64,000 nt of DNA, taken from NCBI GenBank assembly GCA_963676795.2, contig CAXXTB010000002.1, forward strand, positions 288,001-352,000. Direction: 5' to 3'. The DNA comes from Geopsychrobacteraceae bacterium (GTDB lineage Bacteria; Desulfobacterota; Desulfuromonadia; Desulfuromonadales; Geopsychrobacteraceae). The notes beneath the pieces were generated by a model, which was not told the origin of the DNA, did not search any database, and worked only from the letters and a program-made list of their open reading frames with translations. Every line of letters starts with the position of its first letter. Position 1 is the stretch's first letter. Below, piece by piece: positions 1 through 11,383 of the stretch. The translations under genes were made by a program, and so were the position numbers.

Positions 1-963
1 ATCGAGTCCGAAGGTGATGCCGGCGAAGGAGAGTTGTTCCATCTGACGGGTCATCTTCTGGTGGTCCAGGTGGCGGTGCAACGGCTTCAGAACCTCCTGG
101 CGCGCTGACTGCAGGCCGATCTGGACCGAGCAGGAGAGTTGCGAGAGCAGATTTACCGTTTCCTCATCCAGATATTCGCTCTTGGCCTCGATGTGATAAT
201 GAATATCAGGAGCCACCTCGAGAAGCAGGTTGAGCAGCTGCTTGCCACGCTGCGCCGGGGCGTTGAAGGAGGAGTCAAGTACCCAGACCTGGCTGACTCC
301 CTTTTGGCTGAAGAGTTCGAGCTCCTGGCGCAGTCTGGAGAACGGCAGAGGCCTGACCCCTTTGTGCCCTTTGGCGTCGTAGCAGAAGGCGCAGTTGAAC
401 TGACAACCACGGGCCACCTCCCAGAGGACACCGCAATCGGGGGCAAGAGGCAGATCCCCGGAGAGCCAGGGCGATGAAAGTTGTTCCAGGTCGGCGCAGG
501 CGACCGAGGTGACGGACAGCTCCGGAGCTTCGGCGGTCAGCAGTCCGGTCCTGCTGATGAGCTTTTTCCCCTGATGGACTTCCTCGACCAGAGAGGCAAA
601 GAGCTCTTCCCCTTCACCGCAGATTACGGCGTCCAGGGTTCCCTCGCCAAGCACACGCCGACTGTCGGCACTGGCTTCGGGGCCACCGGCAACAAGGATG
701 ACCTCAGGCCGCAGCTGGCGAATCGTTCTGGCCAGGGCGAGCAGGTCGAGGCGATTCCAGAGATAGATGGAAAAGGCGATCAGCGCCGGATTGCTTTTGA
801 GCAGGCTGGTGGCTGTTGCTTCGACATCGTAGCCCGGGAAGAGCTCGATCAGGGTTGTTGCCCGGCGGTATTGTGCAGGCAGGGCCGCTTTGATCGAACC
901 GGCAGCCAGGGGAATCGCCTGGGCCGACGGGCGGACATGTTGACTGATGATCTGAATCTGCAT
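1..963 (-). CDS. B12-binding domain radical SAM protein (3' end beyond window start; absent from ORF track)
   Basis: Manual minus-strand translation from ATG at 963: MQIQIISQHVRPSAQAIPLAAG..AFSIYLWN..ILVAGGPEAS (cobalamin-binding-like) then EVARGCQFNCAFC (CxxxCxxC). Confidence 0.85.
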   Translation of the reverse strand, partial: MQIQIISQHVRPSAQAIPLAAGSIKAALPAQYRRATTLIELFPGYDVEATATSLLKSNPALIAFSIYLWNRLDLLALARTIRQLRPEVILVAGGPEASADSRRVLGEGTLDAVICGEGEELFASLVEEVHQGKKLISRTGLLTAEAPELSVTSVACADLEQLSSPWLSGDLPLAPDCGVLWEVARGCQFNCAFCYDAKGHKGVRPLPFSRLRQELELFSQKGVSQVWVLDSSFNAPAQRGKQLLNLLLEVAPDIHYHIEAKSEYLDEETVNLLSQLSCSVQIGLQSARQEVLKPLHRHLDHQKMTRQMEQLSFAGITFGLD

Positions 964-974
964 AATGAAACTGT

Positions 975-1520
975 TCAACTTTTCGGGCGGACTTTGATAC
1001 GTGGTTTGCCGTCACTGGTGTCGATGGTGAATTCCACAGGCCGGTCGCCATAACGACTGCGGATGTTTTCCTGCTGGGTCTTGAGAAATGCTGCAACCTT
1101 TTCGATGCTGGGTGCGTCTCCTGTCATGCCGCAGTCACTGCGAGCCTTGGCTAATTGTCGCTGGAGGCTTGCCGCTTCGCTCTGCGTCTCCTGGGTTTCT
1201 GCTGGCGCTTTGGGCAGCCCGGTGGGTTTGCGGACCTGCTGGCGGTGATATTTGCCTTCATCGATCAAACGCAGAATGCGGTCCCAGTACTGACTGTAGG
1301 ACATGAATCTTGAGGCCAGCCCCTGGTAGCGGAACTTGAGTTCTGTCCAGACGATGGCCCGGTTGGTGAACTGGCGCAGGCGTCTGGCCAGGTTGCGCCG
1401 TTCATTGTAAGGTTCACGACGTTCAATGCCGGCAAAGTACTGCTCATAACGTACCTCGAGCTCTTTCATCTCGTCCTGAATGGCGTCCAGTTCCTGAGCA
1501 AGTTGTCGGCGGTCGTTCAT
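975..1520 (-). CDS. MXAN_5187 C-terminal domain-like conserved protein
   Basis: 181 aa; ELEVRYEQYFAGIERREP..W.R signature typical of this deltaproteobacterial family; RBS AGGAG upstream. Confidence 0.65.
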   Translation of the reverse strand: MNDRRQLAQELDAIQDEMKELEVRYEQYFAGIERREPYNERRNLARRLRQFTNRAIVWTELKFRYQGLASRFMSYSQYWDRILRLIDEGKYHRQQVRKPTGLPKAPAETQETQSEAASLQRQLAKARSDCGMTGDAPSIEKVAAFLKTQQENIRSRYGDRPVEFTIDTSDGKPRIKVRPKS

Positions 1521-1680
1521 GAATATCTCCTTTTCCCTGCAGAACTATACGTCAGAGGCCGGTTATGTGTAAATGATTACACAGATTACGATTCAATTAA
1601 TTTCCCATCTTGCCCCTTGACGAGGTTAATATTGTCGGGAATACTCAGATCTTTCCAAATAATTATGAGATGAGGTGGAT

Positions 1681-3057
1681 ATGCAAAACGGATTAGCTGC
1701 GGTTCTGCTCGCGGCCGGAAAAGGGACGCGGATGAAGTCGAAACTGCCCAAGGTTCTGCATCCTTTATGCGGTCGGGCGATGCTTTCCTATCCGCTCGAT
1801 GCAGCCCGGTTCGCCGGTTTCTCACGGCTGAAGGTTGTTATTGGCCATGGTGCGGAGCTGGTTCAGGAGACCATGCAGGCCGAAGATATAGAGTGGGTCG
1901 AGCAGACTGAGCAACTTGGTACCGGCCACGCCCTGATGTGCGCGGCAGACGTTCTGCAGGGCTATCGCGGACCATTGCTGCTGCTTTGCGGTGATGTTCC
2001 GCTGATCCGTACCGAGACGCTCAAGCGGTTGCTCGATTATCATCAGCAACAGAATGCCGCCGTGACGGTTTTGACTGCACATATGGAAAACCCGACCGGT
2101 TACGGACGGATCCTCCGCGACGGGGATCAGGTTTTTGGCATTGTCGAGCAGAAGGATGCCAGCGAAGAACAGCTTCAGATCAGCGAAATCAATACCGGCA
2201 CCTATATCTTTGATGCGGAATTTGTTTTTGAGGCCTTAAAGGGGCTGAATACCAATAATGCCCAGGGAGAATACTACCTGACCGATGTGGTTGCCGCTGC
2301 GGCTGCCGCCGGGCGGGTAACGCGTGGCCTGGCCGTTGAGGATGCCAGTGAGGCGATGGGGGTCAACGATCGTTGCCAGTTGGCCGAAGCCGAAGTGTTG
2401 ATGCGCTGGAAAATCAACACCGACCTGATGCTGGGCGGCATCTCGATGAGCGACCCGACCACCGTCTATGTTGATAATGGCGTTGAAATCGGCATGGATA
2501 CCCAGCTTCATCCCAACGTTCACCTGCGCGGCAAAACATCCATCGGTTCCAACTGTATCATCGAGACCGGTGTCATCGTTGTCGATTCGCAGATTGGCGA
2601 CCATGTTCACTTAAAAGCCGGCACGACTATCGAAGAGTCGCTGGTCGGCCCGAAATGCAAGATCGGTCCAATGGCCCACCTGCGCCCAGGGACGGAGTTG
2701 ACCGGGAACAACAAGCTCGGCAACTTTGTGGAAACCAAAAAGGCGGTTTTTGGTGAAGGATCCCAGGCCAGCCATCTGACCTACATCGGTGATGCCGAGG
2801 TCGGTAGGAATGTCAACTTCGGTTGCGGAACCATCACCTGCAACTATGACGGGGTGAACAAATACAAGACCATCGTTGAGGACGATGTTTTTGTCGGCAG
2901 TGACACGCAGTTCATTGCTCCGGTCAGGGTCGGCAAGAACAGCACCATTGCCGCCGGTTCGACGATCACCAAGAATGTTCCGGACGGTTCGCTGGCCATG
3001 TCGCGAACGCCGCAGCGGATCATTTCCGGCTGGCATGATAGAAAACTGAAAAAATAG
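1681..3057 (+). CDS. glmU: Bifunctional UDP-GlcNAc pyrophosphorylase / glucosamine-1-P acetyltransferase
   Basis: [16 protein letters not shown] motif, QLGTGHA, hexapeptide repeats, TCNYDG; directly upstream of glmS. Confidence 0.97.
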   Translation: MQNGLAAVLLAAGKGTRMKSKLPKVLHPLCGRAMLSYPLDAARFAGFSRLKVVIGHGAELVQETMQAEDIEWVEQTEQLGTGHALMCAADVLQGYRGPLLLLCGDVPLIRTETLKRLLDYHQQQNAAVTVLTAHMENPTGYGRILRDGDQVFGIVEQKDASEEQLQISEINTGTYIFDAEFVFEALKGLNTNNAQGEYYLTDVVAAAAAAGRVTRGLAVEDASEAMGVNDRCQLAEAEVLMRWKINTDLMLGGISMSDPTTVYVDNGVEIGMDTQLHPNVHLRGKTSIGSNCIIETGVIVVDSQIGDHVHLKAGTTIEESLVGPKCKIGPMAHLRPGTELTGNNKLGNFVETKKAVFGEGSQASHLTYIGDAEVGRNVNFGCGTITCNYDGVNKYKTIVEDDVFVGSDTQFIAPVRVGKNSTIAAGSTITKNVPDGSLAMSRTPQRIISGWHDRKLKK

Positions 3058-3073
3058 GCATACGGAGGAATCT

Positions 3074-4903
3074 ATGTGCGGCATTGTTGGCTATATCGGA
3101 AAACAGGAAGCGTCGCCGATCATCATCGATGGTTTGCGGCGCCTTGAATATCGCGGCTACGACTCGGCCGGAATCTGTACCCTTAACGGCGCTGGGGCGC
3201 AGATTTACAGGGCCCAGGGGAAATTGATCAACCTGGAGAATATCCTGCGCGACACACCGGCAACGGGGACGCGCGGCATCGGCCATACCCGCTGGGCGAC
3301 CCATGGACGCCCTTCGGAGGTCAATGCCCATCCGCACAAGTCGGGCAGCATCGTTGTTGTTCATAACGGGATCATCGAGAACTACCTGAAACTCAAGCAG
3401 GAACTGATGGCCGCCGGTCACGTTTTCTCCTCGGAGACCGATACCGAGATCATCGCTCACCTGATCGATCAGCACTACTCGAAGAGCGGTGATTTTGAAG
3501 CTGCGGTCAGAAAAGCTCTGGAAGAAGTCAGGGGTGCTTACGCGGTGGCGATTCTGTGCAGCGACGAACCGGACAAGCTGATCGCGGCCAAGCTCGGCTC
3601 ACCGCTGGTTGTCGGTCAGGGGGAGGGTGAATACTTTGTCGCCTCCGACATTCCGGCCATGCTCTCGCATACCCGCGATATGATCTTTCTCGAAGATGGC
3701 GAGCTCGTGGTCTTTACACCGGATTCTATGCGGGTCACCGATCTTGCCGGCAAGCCGCTTGAAAAAGAGGTCAAGACCATCACCTGGAATCCGCTGATGG
3801 CCGAAAAGGGCGGGTACAAGCATTTCATGCTCAAGGAGATCTATGAGCAGCCGCGTGCATTGGCCGATACCATTGCCGGGCGCCTGCAGAGCGACGAAGG
3901 GGAGGTCTATCTGGAGGGGCTGGGTTTAAGCGATGAACAGTTGGGGCGCCTGGAGAAGATCTTCATTATCGCCTGCGGTACCTCCTGGCATTCCGGACTG
4001 GTCGGCAAATTCTATATCGAGAAGCTGGCCCGTATTCCGGTCGAGATCGATATCGCCAGCGAGTTCCGTTATCGTGATCCGATCATCAGTGACAACAGTC
4101 TGACCGTGCTGATCAGTCAGAGCGGTGAGACGGCCGATACCCTGGCGGCTTTGCGCGAGGCCAAGGGCAAAGGCGGGAAAACCCTCTGTATCTGCAACGT
4201 GGTCGATTCCTCCATCTCCCGCGAGAGTGACGGCGTCATCTATACCCATGCCGGTCCGGAGATTGGCGTCGCTTCGACCAAAGCTTTTACCACCCAGCTG
4301 GTTGCTCTTTACCAGTTGGCTCTCAAACTGGGGCGAATCCGCGGTACCCTCTCTGGGGAGGAGTGTCGCAAGCAGATCGAAGCTCTGGTCGCGTTACCGC
4401 GCCTGCTGGAAACAACCCTGGAGATCGACAGCCATATCGAAGAGATTTCCAGGGAGTTTATGAACGCCCGCGATTTCCTCTATCTCGGTCGCGGCAACCA
4501 GTATCCGATCGCCCTTGAGGGGGCGTTGAAGCTCAAGGAGATCTCCTATATCCACGCCGAAGGTTACCCGGCCGGCGAGATGAAACACGGCCCGATTGCC
4601 CTGATCGACGAGAATCTGCCGGTGGTAGTTCTGGTGCCGAAGAACTCAACCTATGAAAAGGTTGTGTCCAACATGGAAGAGGTCTGCGCCCGGGGCGGCA
4701 AGGTTATTGCCATCGTTTGCGGTGAGGATAAGCAACTGGCCGACAAGGTGTCCGCACTGATCAGCATCCCGGAAACGACCGAGGACCTGATGCCGATTCT
4801 GACCTCGGTGCCGATACAGCTGCTGGCCTACCATATCGCCGTGCTCAAAGGAACGGATGTCGACCAGCCGAGAAACCTGGCTAAAAGTGTTACTGTTGAA
4901 TGA
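3074..4903 (+). CDS. glmS: Glutamine--fructose-6-phosphate aminotransferase
   Basis: MCGIVG N-terminal catalytic Cys, [19 protein letters not shown]-terminal [11 protein letters not shown]. Confidence 0.98.
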   Translation: MCGIVGYIGKQEASPIIIDGLRRLEYRGYDSAGICTLNGAGAQIYRAQGKLINLENILRDTPATGTRGIGHTRWATHGRPSEVNAHPHKSGSIVVVHNGIIENYLKLKQELMAAGHVFSSETDTEIIAHLIDQHYSKSGDFEAAVRKALEEVRGAYAVAILCSDEPDKLIAAKLGSPLVVGQGEGEYFVASDIPAMLSHTRDMIFLEDGELVVFTPDSMRVTDLAGKPLEKEVKTITWNPLMAEKGGYKHFMLKEIYEQPRALADTIAGRLQSDEGEVYLEGLGLSDEQLGRLEKIFIIACGTSWHSGLVGKFYIEKLARIPVEIDIASEFRYRDPIISDNSLTVLISQSGETADTLAALREAKGKGGKTLCICNVVDSSISRESDGVIYTHAGPEIGVASTKAFTTQLVALYQLALKLGRIRGTLSGEECRKQIEALVALPRLLETTLEIDSHIEEISREFMNARDFLYLGRGNQYPIALEGALKLKEISYIHAEGYPAGEMKHGPIALIDENLPVVVLVPKNSTYEKVVSNMEEVCARGGKVIAIVCGEDKQLADKVSALISIPETTEDLMPILTSVPIQLLAYHIAVLKGTDVDQPRNLAKSVTVE

Positions 4904-4961
4904 GTAACTGATGTTTCCGTGGTTGTCCGTGTCTAAGTTGATAAAATAAATATGTTATTAA

Positions 4962-5009
4962 TGTTCCGTGGCATGCAGAGCAGTGCTCTGCATGCCACGG
5001 AACACTTTT
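4962..5009 (+). terminator. 21-bp perfect hairpin downstream of glmS
   Basis: tgttccgtggcatgcagagca-g-tgctctgcatgccacggaaca followed by ctttt. Confidence 0.6.
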
Positions 5010-5349
5010 GAAAGATTTTTCAACGATTTCATTGGTTTTTAGCCTGGTTGATATCATCGTAAATATGACAGGAGGGGGATGCGTTACACCCCTCTTGCCG
5101 TAGCAGGAGTCTGTTTGATCAATATTCTGTTGGGCTCCAAGGTTGATGAACATAAGTTCAACAGGGATCATATGGTCGAAGAACGTGCCGGAGGTTTCAA
5201 AAAAGCGGCTTAGACAGGCTTTCTATTTTAATTTGATAACTTCATCGGCCCGATAGAAGGCATTCTGGTAATGCCTCTTTAATCGGGCCGATTTTATTGT
5301 AGATTGAGTGTTCTTGGATCCTGTCGGAACAGGCAGGGTTCAATTGAAG

Positions 5350-5502
5350 GAAAAAGAAGTCCCCTTTCTCATGGGGTGATGAGAAAGGGGAAAAATGGAA
5401 TGGGGTGTAGCTGCAAGCCTGCTTACTGTAAAGAGGTGGGAAACAGTAAGCAGGCTTTTTGTTAGCCAAATTACATGGGAAGGGGAAGTAAGTGGGCTAA
5501 CG
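5350..5502 (-). ncRNA. Candidate small RNA with three stem-loops and an intrinsic terminator
   Basis: Minus-strand TTGACA(5537-5532)-17-TAACCT(5514-5509); stems 5461-5467/5495-5501, 5415-5429/5443-5457 and 5360-5372/5379-5391, then a U-rich tail. Confidence 0.6.
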
Positions 5503-5625
5503 GTTAGTAGGTTAACTACGCGTAGGTAGTTTGTCAATCTCTTTTTGGTGATAATTTCCATTTCCTGTATTTTCATATCTGCTGCCAGGATTCTTCAAAT
5601 TGCAGGTGAGATCTGGGGGTAATCT

Positions 5626-6996
5626 TCACGCACTTTTTCTTTTTTCGTCATGGAGCGATTTAAGCATATCTGTTCTTTCACCGCGAAATTCTGAGAGTTT
5701 AAGAACTTTGTTCACTTTCATTTCTGGTTGTCCGGTAATCAGACGGCAGTTTTTGCTGACGGACAGATAACTCCAGAGCCAGGAAAAGATGACAGAGAGT
5801 TTATTGCGGAAGCCAAATAGTGGTATCAGGTGGACGAGCCCCCAGAGTAGCCAGGCGCTGAAGCCTCCAAATTGTTTCCTGCTGACCTGGGCAACTGCTC
5901 GATTACGGCCTATGGTCGCCATGCTGCCTTTATTTTTATAGGAGAAGGTGGGGCGGTCTTCAATCCTGGACGGGGCAATGCTCTCGCGGCGAATGATTCC
6001 GGCAACGAAACGGCCCATCTGCATGGCCGCTGGCGCAACACCAGGAACGGGCTTGCCGGTCTTTACGTCGCTGGCATGAGCCATATCTCCGATAATGAAG
6101 ACCTCAGGGTGGCCGGGTAGGGTAAGAGACTCTGTCACTAGAAGTCGTCCCTGTGGGTCGTGTTCTGCCTGTGGATACAGATTGATGTCGGACCCTTTGA
6201 CTCCTGCGGCCCAGATAATGTTTTCAGCCGGAAAATGCTTGTTGTCGATACTGACGACCCCGCTGCCGATATTGCCGACACGGCTGTTCAGAAGTACCTG
6301 AACCCCCATTTTCTCGAGGTCTCGCTGCGCTCGTAACGCCAGCCTTTCGGGAAGCGCCGCCAGTAGCCTTGGACCGGCTTCAACCAACAGAACACGAGCT
6401 GTTGTTGTATCGATATGACGAAAATCCTGAGGGACCGTTTTTGCTGCGATCTCTTTCAGGGCTCCCGCCAGTTCGACCCCGGTAGGTCCGCCACCGACAA
6501 CAACAAAAGTCAGTTTCGCCTGACGTGCAACCGGATCGGCTTCCCACTCGGCTTCTTCGTAAGCCAACAGGACCCTGCGACGAATTTCCAGAGCGTCATC
6601 CACTGTCTTTAAGCCTGGCGCATGCTCTGCCCATTCGTCATGGCCAAAGTAAGAATGGGTCGCGCCATTGGCCAGGATCAGATAGTCATAAGGCATAGAG
6701 TTCTGTTTGAAGTGGGCCAGGCGCTTGTTGAGATCAACACCTGTTAATTCATCAAGAACAACGGTGGTGTTTTTCTGGTTACGTAATACACGTCTGATAG
6801 GGGTTGCTATATCTGCCGGTGACAGGACCGCTGTTGCGACCTGGTAAAGCAGGGGTTGAAAAAGGTGATAATTGTTTTTGTCCGCCAGGGTAATTTCAAC
6901 AGGAGATTTGGCCAGACCGCGCGCGCAGGAAAGGCCGGCGAAACCACCACCGACAATAACGACTTTTGGAGTTAAGGATCTGGGTACATGGATCAT
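5626..6996 (-). CDS. ndh: Type II NADH dehydrogenase (NDH-2)
   Basis: GGGFAG and GGGPTGVELAG dinucleotide motifs, FQPLLYQVAT, IIGD, A.AAMQMG; start at 6996 after AGGAGG. Confidence 0.9.
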   Translation of the reverse strand: MIHVPRSLTPKVVIVGGGFAGLSCARGLAKSPVEITLADKNNYHLFQPLLYQVATAVLSPADIATPIRRVLRNQKNTTVVLDELTGVDLNKRLAHFKQNSMPYDYLILANGATHSYFGHDEWAEHAPGLKTVDDALEIRRRVLLAYEEAEWEADPVARQAKLTFVVVGGGPTGVELAGALKEIAAKTVPQDFRHIDTTTARVLLVEAGPRLLAALPERLALRAQRDLEKMGVQVLLNSRVGNIGSGVVSIDNKHFPAENIIWAAGVKGSDINLYPQAEHDPQGRLLVTESLTLPGHPEVFIIGDMAHASDVKTGKPVPGVAPAAMQMGRFVAGIIRRESIAPSRIEDRPTFSYKNKGSMATIGRNRAVAQVSRKQFGGFSAWLLWGLVHLIPLFGFRNKLSVIFSWLWSYLSVSKNCRLITGQPEMKVNKVLKLSEFRGERTDMLKSLHDEKRKSA

Positions 6997-7264
6997 GGGG
7001 CCTCCTGTGAAAAGAAACATCGGGTCATAGTTGATCAGACAATAAGGGGAATCTAAAACGCCATAAGTTCTTCATGGAAGCCATGTCACATGACTGCTTT
7101 TATGATAGTAATATGGCTAACAGTAAGGAGGTTAACTAATGGTTTGGTCGATGTCAACAGTTTTTAACTGCTCTTCTGGTGGGATGACTGTAGAGTACTG
7201 TTCGATTCCTACCTTGTTTTAAATCTTCAGGCCTGCGTGGTTGATGATCCGGAAAGAGGGCAAA

Positions 7265-7297
7265 ACAAAGGCGCGGGGAAATTCCCCGCGCCTTTGT
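7265..7297 (-). terminator. Intrinsic terminator of the octaheme cytochrome gene
   Basis: 16-bp perfect stem acaaaggcgcggggaa/ttccccgcgcctttgt with a T-run on the minus strand. Confidence 0.75.
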
Positions 7298-7322
7298 CTG
7301 TCCTGAGGTGTGTTACTGGATA

Positions 7323-8705
7323 TCAGTTCTTGGTTCTCGCGTAGCGCTGGTTGACGATCGGGTCAGCTGTGTAGCCGAGCGCCTTCCAGTCCATACGGCC
7401 GTTGTCGCCGTGGCAGTCGAGGCAGCCGAGAGCCTGCTCTTTCGGGGCGACCATGTGGTTGATGCGCCAGTACATGGCGGTCGGTGCAAAACCGTACTCA
7501 CCGCTGTAGTCGAGGCCGACTTCATTCATTCCGATTTTGGAGGCGGCATCCCAGTCGTTGGTAGCCCAGAAACCACCCTTGCCAAACAGCTTAGGCGTCA
7601 TGAAGTAGAGGTTTTTGCTGTCGTAGATCTGCTTGCCGGTATGGAGCTTGAACGGATAGATCTTGGCTTCCTTATCGCTGCGTTTGCCGTTCGGATAGCT
7701 GAGCAGAGTCGTCTGGGTCGGATCGATCTTGTCGCCGAGCTGGTAGACACCGGCGGTGCCGTCATACCAGGCGTATTCGGGGGTAATCATCATGCCCCAG
7801 GTGAAGTTGCCCTTCTTCTTGTCATAATTCGGTTTACCGTACTGATCTTTTTCAGGCTTGATATCCTGGCCGGCAGTCGACCAGTCCCAGCTGGTTTTGG
7901 TCGGAACTTCCTTGGCAAAATAAGGAATATGGCAGGTCTGACAGGCGACGGTGTCAAGGTGCTGGTTGATCAGCGATTCGCTGTGAACCTCTCCTTCGTG
8001 ACAGCCGACACAACCGATATGGTTTTGCCCTTTAGGAGAGACGACCATCGCGTTGCCGGTGATTTTGTGATCGGTTGTTTCGTGGCAACTGGTACAGGTG
8101 AAGTCGTTGCCGTCAGCCGCCATATGGACATCGAGCTCGGCCGTCGGATTGGTCAGGCTGGAATCGAGATCGCCGTGCTTGACGGCATCGCCGCCGCCGC
8201 CAAAGAAGTGGCAGGCACCGCAGGTCTGACGGGAGGTTGCACCGACGTTCTGGGCAACGGCGAGCAGATCGACTTTTTCATCCGGCATCCCGGCGCCGGT
8301 CGGGGTCTTTTTGTATTTGCCGGTGGTATCGTGGCAGACCAGGCAGTCGACCTTGGAGGCGTCGCTTAAATCGAAGCTGTTGTCTTTCCAGCCATAGCCG
8401 ATGTGGCAGCTGGTACAGCGCGGCTCGTTGGTGCGGATCGAGATACAGAAGTTGTTGACAGTATCGGCCTTGCCGCGTTGGACCGTTTTGCCGTCGATGA
8501 CCTGTTCGGCTGTCCAGGTCCAGTGGCTGGTCATCATGATATTTGATGCAGCGTCTTCATGACATTCCAGACAGACTTTGGTGACCTCTGGTCCGGTTTT
8601 CAGTGGTCCTTCAATGAAGGAATGGTTGGATGCTTCGGCCGTTACGGTCAAAAACAACCCTAACGCAAGCAGGCAGAGCACAAGGACTTCTGTTGTTTTC
8701 CTCAT
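7323..8705 (-). CDS. Octaheme c-type cytochrome, tetrathionate reductase (Otr) family
   Basis: Signal peptide; eight CxxCH motifs (CLECH, CTSCH, CLVCH, CGACH, CTSCH, CVGCH, CQTCH, CLDCH); HWTW, GGGGDAVKHGDLD, INHMVAP motifs. Confidence 0.9.
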   Translation of the reverse strand: MRKTTEVLVLCLLALGLFLTVTAEASNHSFIEGPLKTGPEVTKVCLECHEDAASNIMMTSHWTWTAEQVIDGKTVQRGKADTVNNFCISIRTNEPRCTSCHIGYGWKDNSFDLSDASKVDCLVCHDTTGKYKKTPTGAGMPDEKVDLLAVAQNVGATSRQTCGACHFFGGGGDAVKHGDLDSSLTNPTAELDVHMAADGNDFTCTSCHETTDHKITGNAMVVSPKGQNHIGCVGCHEGEVHSESLINQHLDTVACQTCHIPYFAKEVPTKTSWDWSTAGQDIKPEKDQYGKPNYDKKKGNFTWGMMITPEYAWYDGTAGVYQLGDKIDPTQTTLLSYPNGKRSDKEAKIYPFKLHTGKQIYDSKNLYFMTPKLFGKGGFWATNDWDAASKIGMNEVGLDYSGEYGFAPTAMYWRINHMVAPKEQALGCLDCHGDNGRMDWKALGYTADPIVNQRYARTKN

Positions 8706-8948
8706 AGATAACTCCTTTCAAGACACATGAAAGTGCGCACTTTACGTTGCAAAAAGGCGTCAAAAACAAATCAGTCTGTACTGCACAATCCAGAGAGCTG
8801 TGGCAGTAGCCCGCAGGATTGATGGTGCAAATTTAATATATTGATTCAAAGATAAGCGTAACCCAGTGTCGATGAGGATGCAACATAAATACTACATAAA
8901 AAATGTAGGAAATACCGACACGGAAGGTCATGATTTCATGGAGTTGGC

Positions 8949-11231
8949 TTATTCGATCTTTCCGATCAGGACGTCCCGCGGTTTGCCGCTGCCGTCCGAT
9001 GGGCCGACGATGCCTTCCAGTTCCATCCTTTCCACCATGCGTGCGGCCCGGTTGTAGCCGACTCGCAGACGCCGTTGAAGCATGGAGATGGAAGCCTGCC
9101 GGGTTTCGGAAACGATACGCAGTGCCTCGTCCCAGCGTTCGTCATATTCTTCGTCGTTCATGCCGTCGCCGGAGGAGCTTTCCGGGGCGGTGAGAATCGA
9201 CTGGTCGTATTCCGGTTTGCCCTGTTTGGACAGGTAATCAACAACACGTTGAACCTCAAGTTCGGAGACGAATGCGCCGTGAACCCGCTGCAGGTAACCG
9301 ACCCCCGGGGGCAGGAAGAGCATATCGCCCATGCCGAGCAGGGTTTCAGCCCCCATCGAGTCGAGAATGGTCCGCGAGTCGGTACGGGAGAAGACCTTGA
9401 ACGACATCCGGGTTGGAAAGTTGGCCTTGATCAGGCCGGTGATGACATCGACGCTCGGACGCTGGGTTGCCAGAATCAGGTGAATACCGGCAGCCCGAGC
9501 CATCTGAGCGAGGCGGGCGATCGATTCTTCGATCTCGCGGCCAACGACCATCATCAGGTCGGCCAGCTCATCGACGATAACCACGATATAGGGGAGATGG
9601 CCGTGGTCCAGTTCCTCTTTCGGATCGGGCTCCGGCAGCGGTGGCAGATCATCGAGAAAATCGTCACACGGATCGGCCGGTGGTGGATCCGGAACAACCT
9701 CCTTGGCTTCCTTGGCCAGCTTGCGGTTGTAACCGTCGATATTCCGCACCCCTTTGTCGGCCATCAGTTTGTAGCGGCGCTCCATCTCGCGTACCGCCCA
9801 GGCGAGAGCGAGCGAAGCTTTTTTCGGCTCGGTGACGACCGGCAACAGCAGGTGCGGTATTCCCTCGTAGATCGACAGTTCGAGCATCTTCGGGTCGATC
9901 ATGATCAGTCGGACATCATCCGGTGTGCCGCGGTAGAGCAGTGACAGAATCATGGTGTTGACCGAGACCGATTTACCACTGCCAGTCGAACCGGCGACCA
10001 GCAGGTGGGGCATTTTAGCCAGGTCGGAAACCACCACCTGGCCGAAGATGTCCTTGCCCAGAGCCATCGGCAGACGGCCACCGTTGCGCTGGAAGCCTTC
10101 GGAATCGATGATCTCCTTGAGGTAAACGGTTTCACGGTCCTTGTTCGGAATTTCGATGCCGACGACTCCGCGCCCGGGAATCGGCGCGACGATACGGATC
10201 GAGACCGCCTGCAGTGCCATCGCCAGGTCATCCTGCAGATTGTTGATCTTGTTGACCTTGACCCCCGGCGCCGGGGCGAATTCGTACATGGTGACGACCG
10301 GTCCGGGCTTGACCTCGACAACATCACCCTCGACTCCGAAGTCGAGAAGCTTCTTCTCCAGCATCTTGGCAGCCATCATCAGGCTGTCTCGATCGATCGG
10401 CTTGGGATCGCCACCGTCGTGATCGAGCAGGGAAATGCCGGGCATCCGGTAATCGCCGCTGGCTTCAAGAAACGAGAAGGCCTCCTGATTCTCTTCGGTC
10501 GGTTTTGTCTTAGCCGCTTTCTTTTTGAGTGGATTCTTAGCCTGCAGAAGTGCTGGTGGGGGGTCCGCAGACACAACAGGGGCCTTGATCTCGAGGGTTT
10601 TTCTGTCCGGTTTCTGCTTGCGCAGTTCCTTTCTGGCCTGGCGGGCTTCGCGGCGTTGTTCAAGGCGGCGGCCGAAACGCTCTAGCAGTCCGTCGATAAA
10701 AAGGACAAAGGAGACCCGGGTTGAAAGGATTGCCGCGACCAGAAAAAAGACGATCAAGACAATGGCCGCACCGCCGATGTTCAGGTAGCGGGACAGGATG
10801 TTGACGAGAATCCGGCCGATGGCTCCACCGGCTTCATCGATATGGCTGCCGAAAAAGGGGATTCGGGCCAGCTTGAGTGCAAGCAGTCCGCCCAGGGAGA
10901 TCTGCAGGATGAAGAACGCGATCAGGCGCAGTCCCCGGACATGAACATCGCGGAATTTCAGCCAGCGCCAGGCCAGCAGCAGGCAACCGAGCGGCCAGAG
11001 CAGGGCGGTGAGGCCGAAGGCCTGAAAGAGCAGATCGGCCAGGTGGGAGCCGAAGGTTCCGATCAGGTTGTGAACCTGATTGGGGCGCAAATTGTTGTTG
11101 AACGAAGGGTCGCTGTTGCTGTAGCTGCACAGGCAGACGAGCAGAAAAATCCCCAGGGCCAGCCAGACCAGGCCGAGGATCTCTTTGCGCATCCGTTTCT
11201 CTGTGGGGACTTCAGGAATCTCAGTTTTCAT
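8949..11231 (-). CDS. ftsK: DNA translocase FtsK
   Basis: N-terminal TM domain, PHLLVAGSTGSGKS, IVDELADLM, LATQRPSVDV, gamma domain SMLQRRLRVGYNRAAR. Confidence 0.97.
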   Translation of the reverse strand: MKTEIPEVPTEKRMRKEILGLVWLALGIFLLVCLCSYSNSDPSFNNNLRPNQVHNLIGTFGSHLADLLFQAFGLTALLWPLGCLLLAWRWLKFRDVHVRGLRLIAFFILQISLGGLLALKLARIPFFGSHIDEAGGAIGRILVNILSRYLNIGGAAIVLIVFFLVAAILSTRVSFVLFIDGLLERFGRRLEQRREARQARKELRKQKPDRKTLEIKAPVVSADPPPALLQAKNPLKKKAAKTKPTEENQEAFSFLEASGDYRMPGISLLDHDGGDPKPIDRDSLMMAAKMLEKKLLDFGVEGDVVEVKPGPVVTMYEFAPAPGVKVNKINNLQDDLAMALQAVSIRIVAPIPGRGVVGIEIPNKDRETVYLKEIIDSEGFQRNGGRLPMALGKDIFGQVVVSDLAKMPHLLVAGSTGSGKSVSVNTMILSLLYRGTPDDVRLIMIDPKMLELSIYEGIPHLLLPVVTEPKKASLALAWAVREMERRYKLMADKGVRNIDGYNRKLAKEAKEVVPDPPPADPCDDFLDDLPPLPEPDPKEELDHGHLPYIVVIVDELADLMMVVGREIEESIARLAQMARAAGIHLILATQRPSVDVITGLIKANFPTRMSFKVFSRTDSRTILDSMGAETLLGMGDMLFLPPGVGYLQRVHGAFVSELEVQRVVDYLSKQGKPEYDQSILTAPESSSGDGMNDEEYDERWDEALRIVSETRQASISMLQRRLRVGYNRAARMVERMELEGIVGPSDGSGKPRDVLIGKIE

Positions 11232-11383
11232 CGCAGTGAGTAACTTTTCAGTTTTAAGGTTTGGTTGACTGTTTATGAAATCGTTGAACCGGGCCTTAGC
11301 TTACTATGCTGTTGTCAGCCAGAAAACAATAAAGTGCATGACCGGCCAGCCCCCCCTGTTACCGTTGATTGAGGGGCGTGCGC

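Noticed and set aside
139..1053. Plus-strand ORFs 139-477 and 481-1053
   Set aside because: Antisense shadows of the minus-strand B12 radical SAM gene that runs off the window.
4860..5350. Tn7-like insertion at the glmS attachment site
   Set aside because: The conserved glmS 3' end is present, but I see no tns genes, TnsB-repeat ends or 5-bp duplication downstream.
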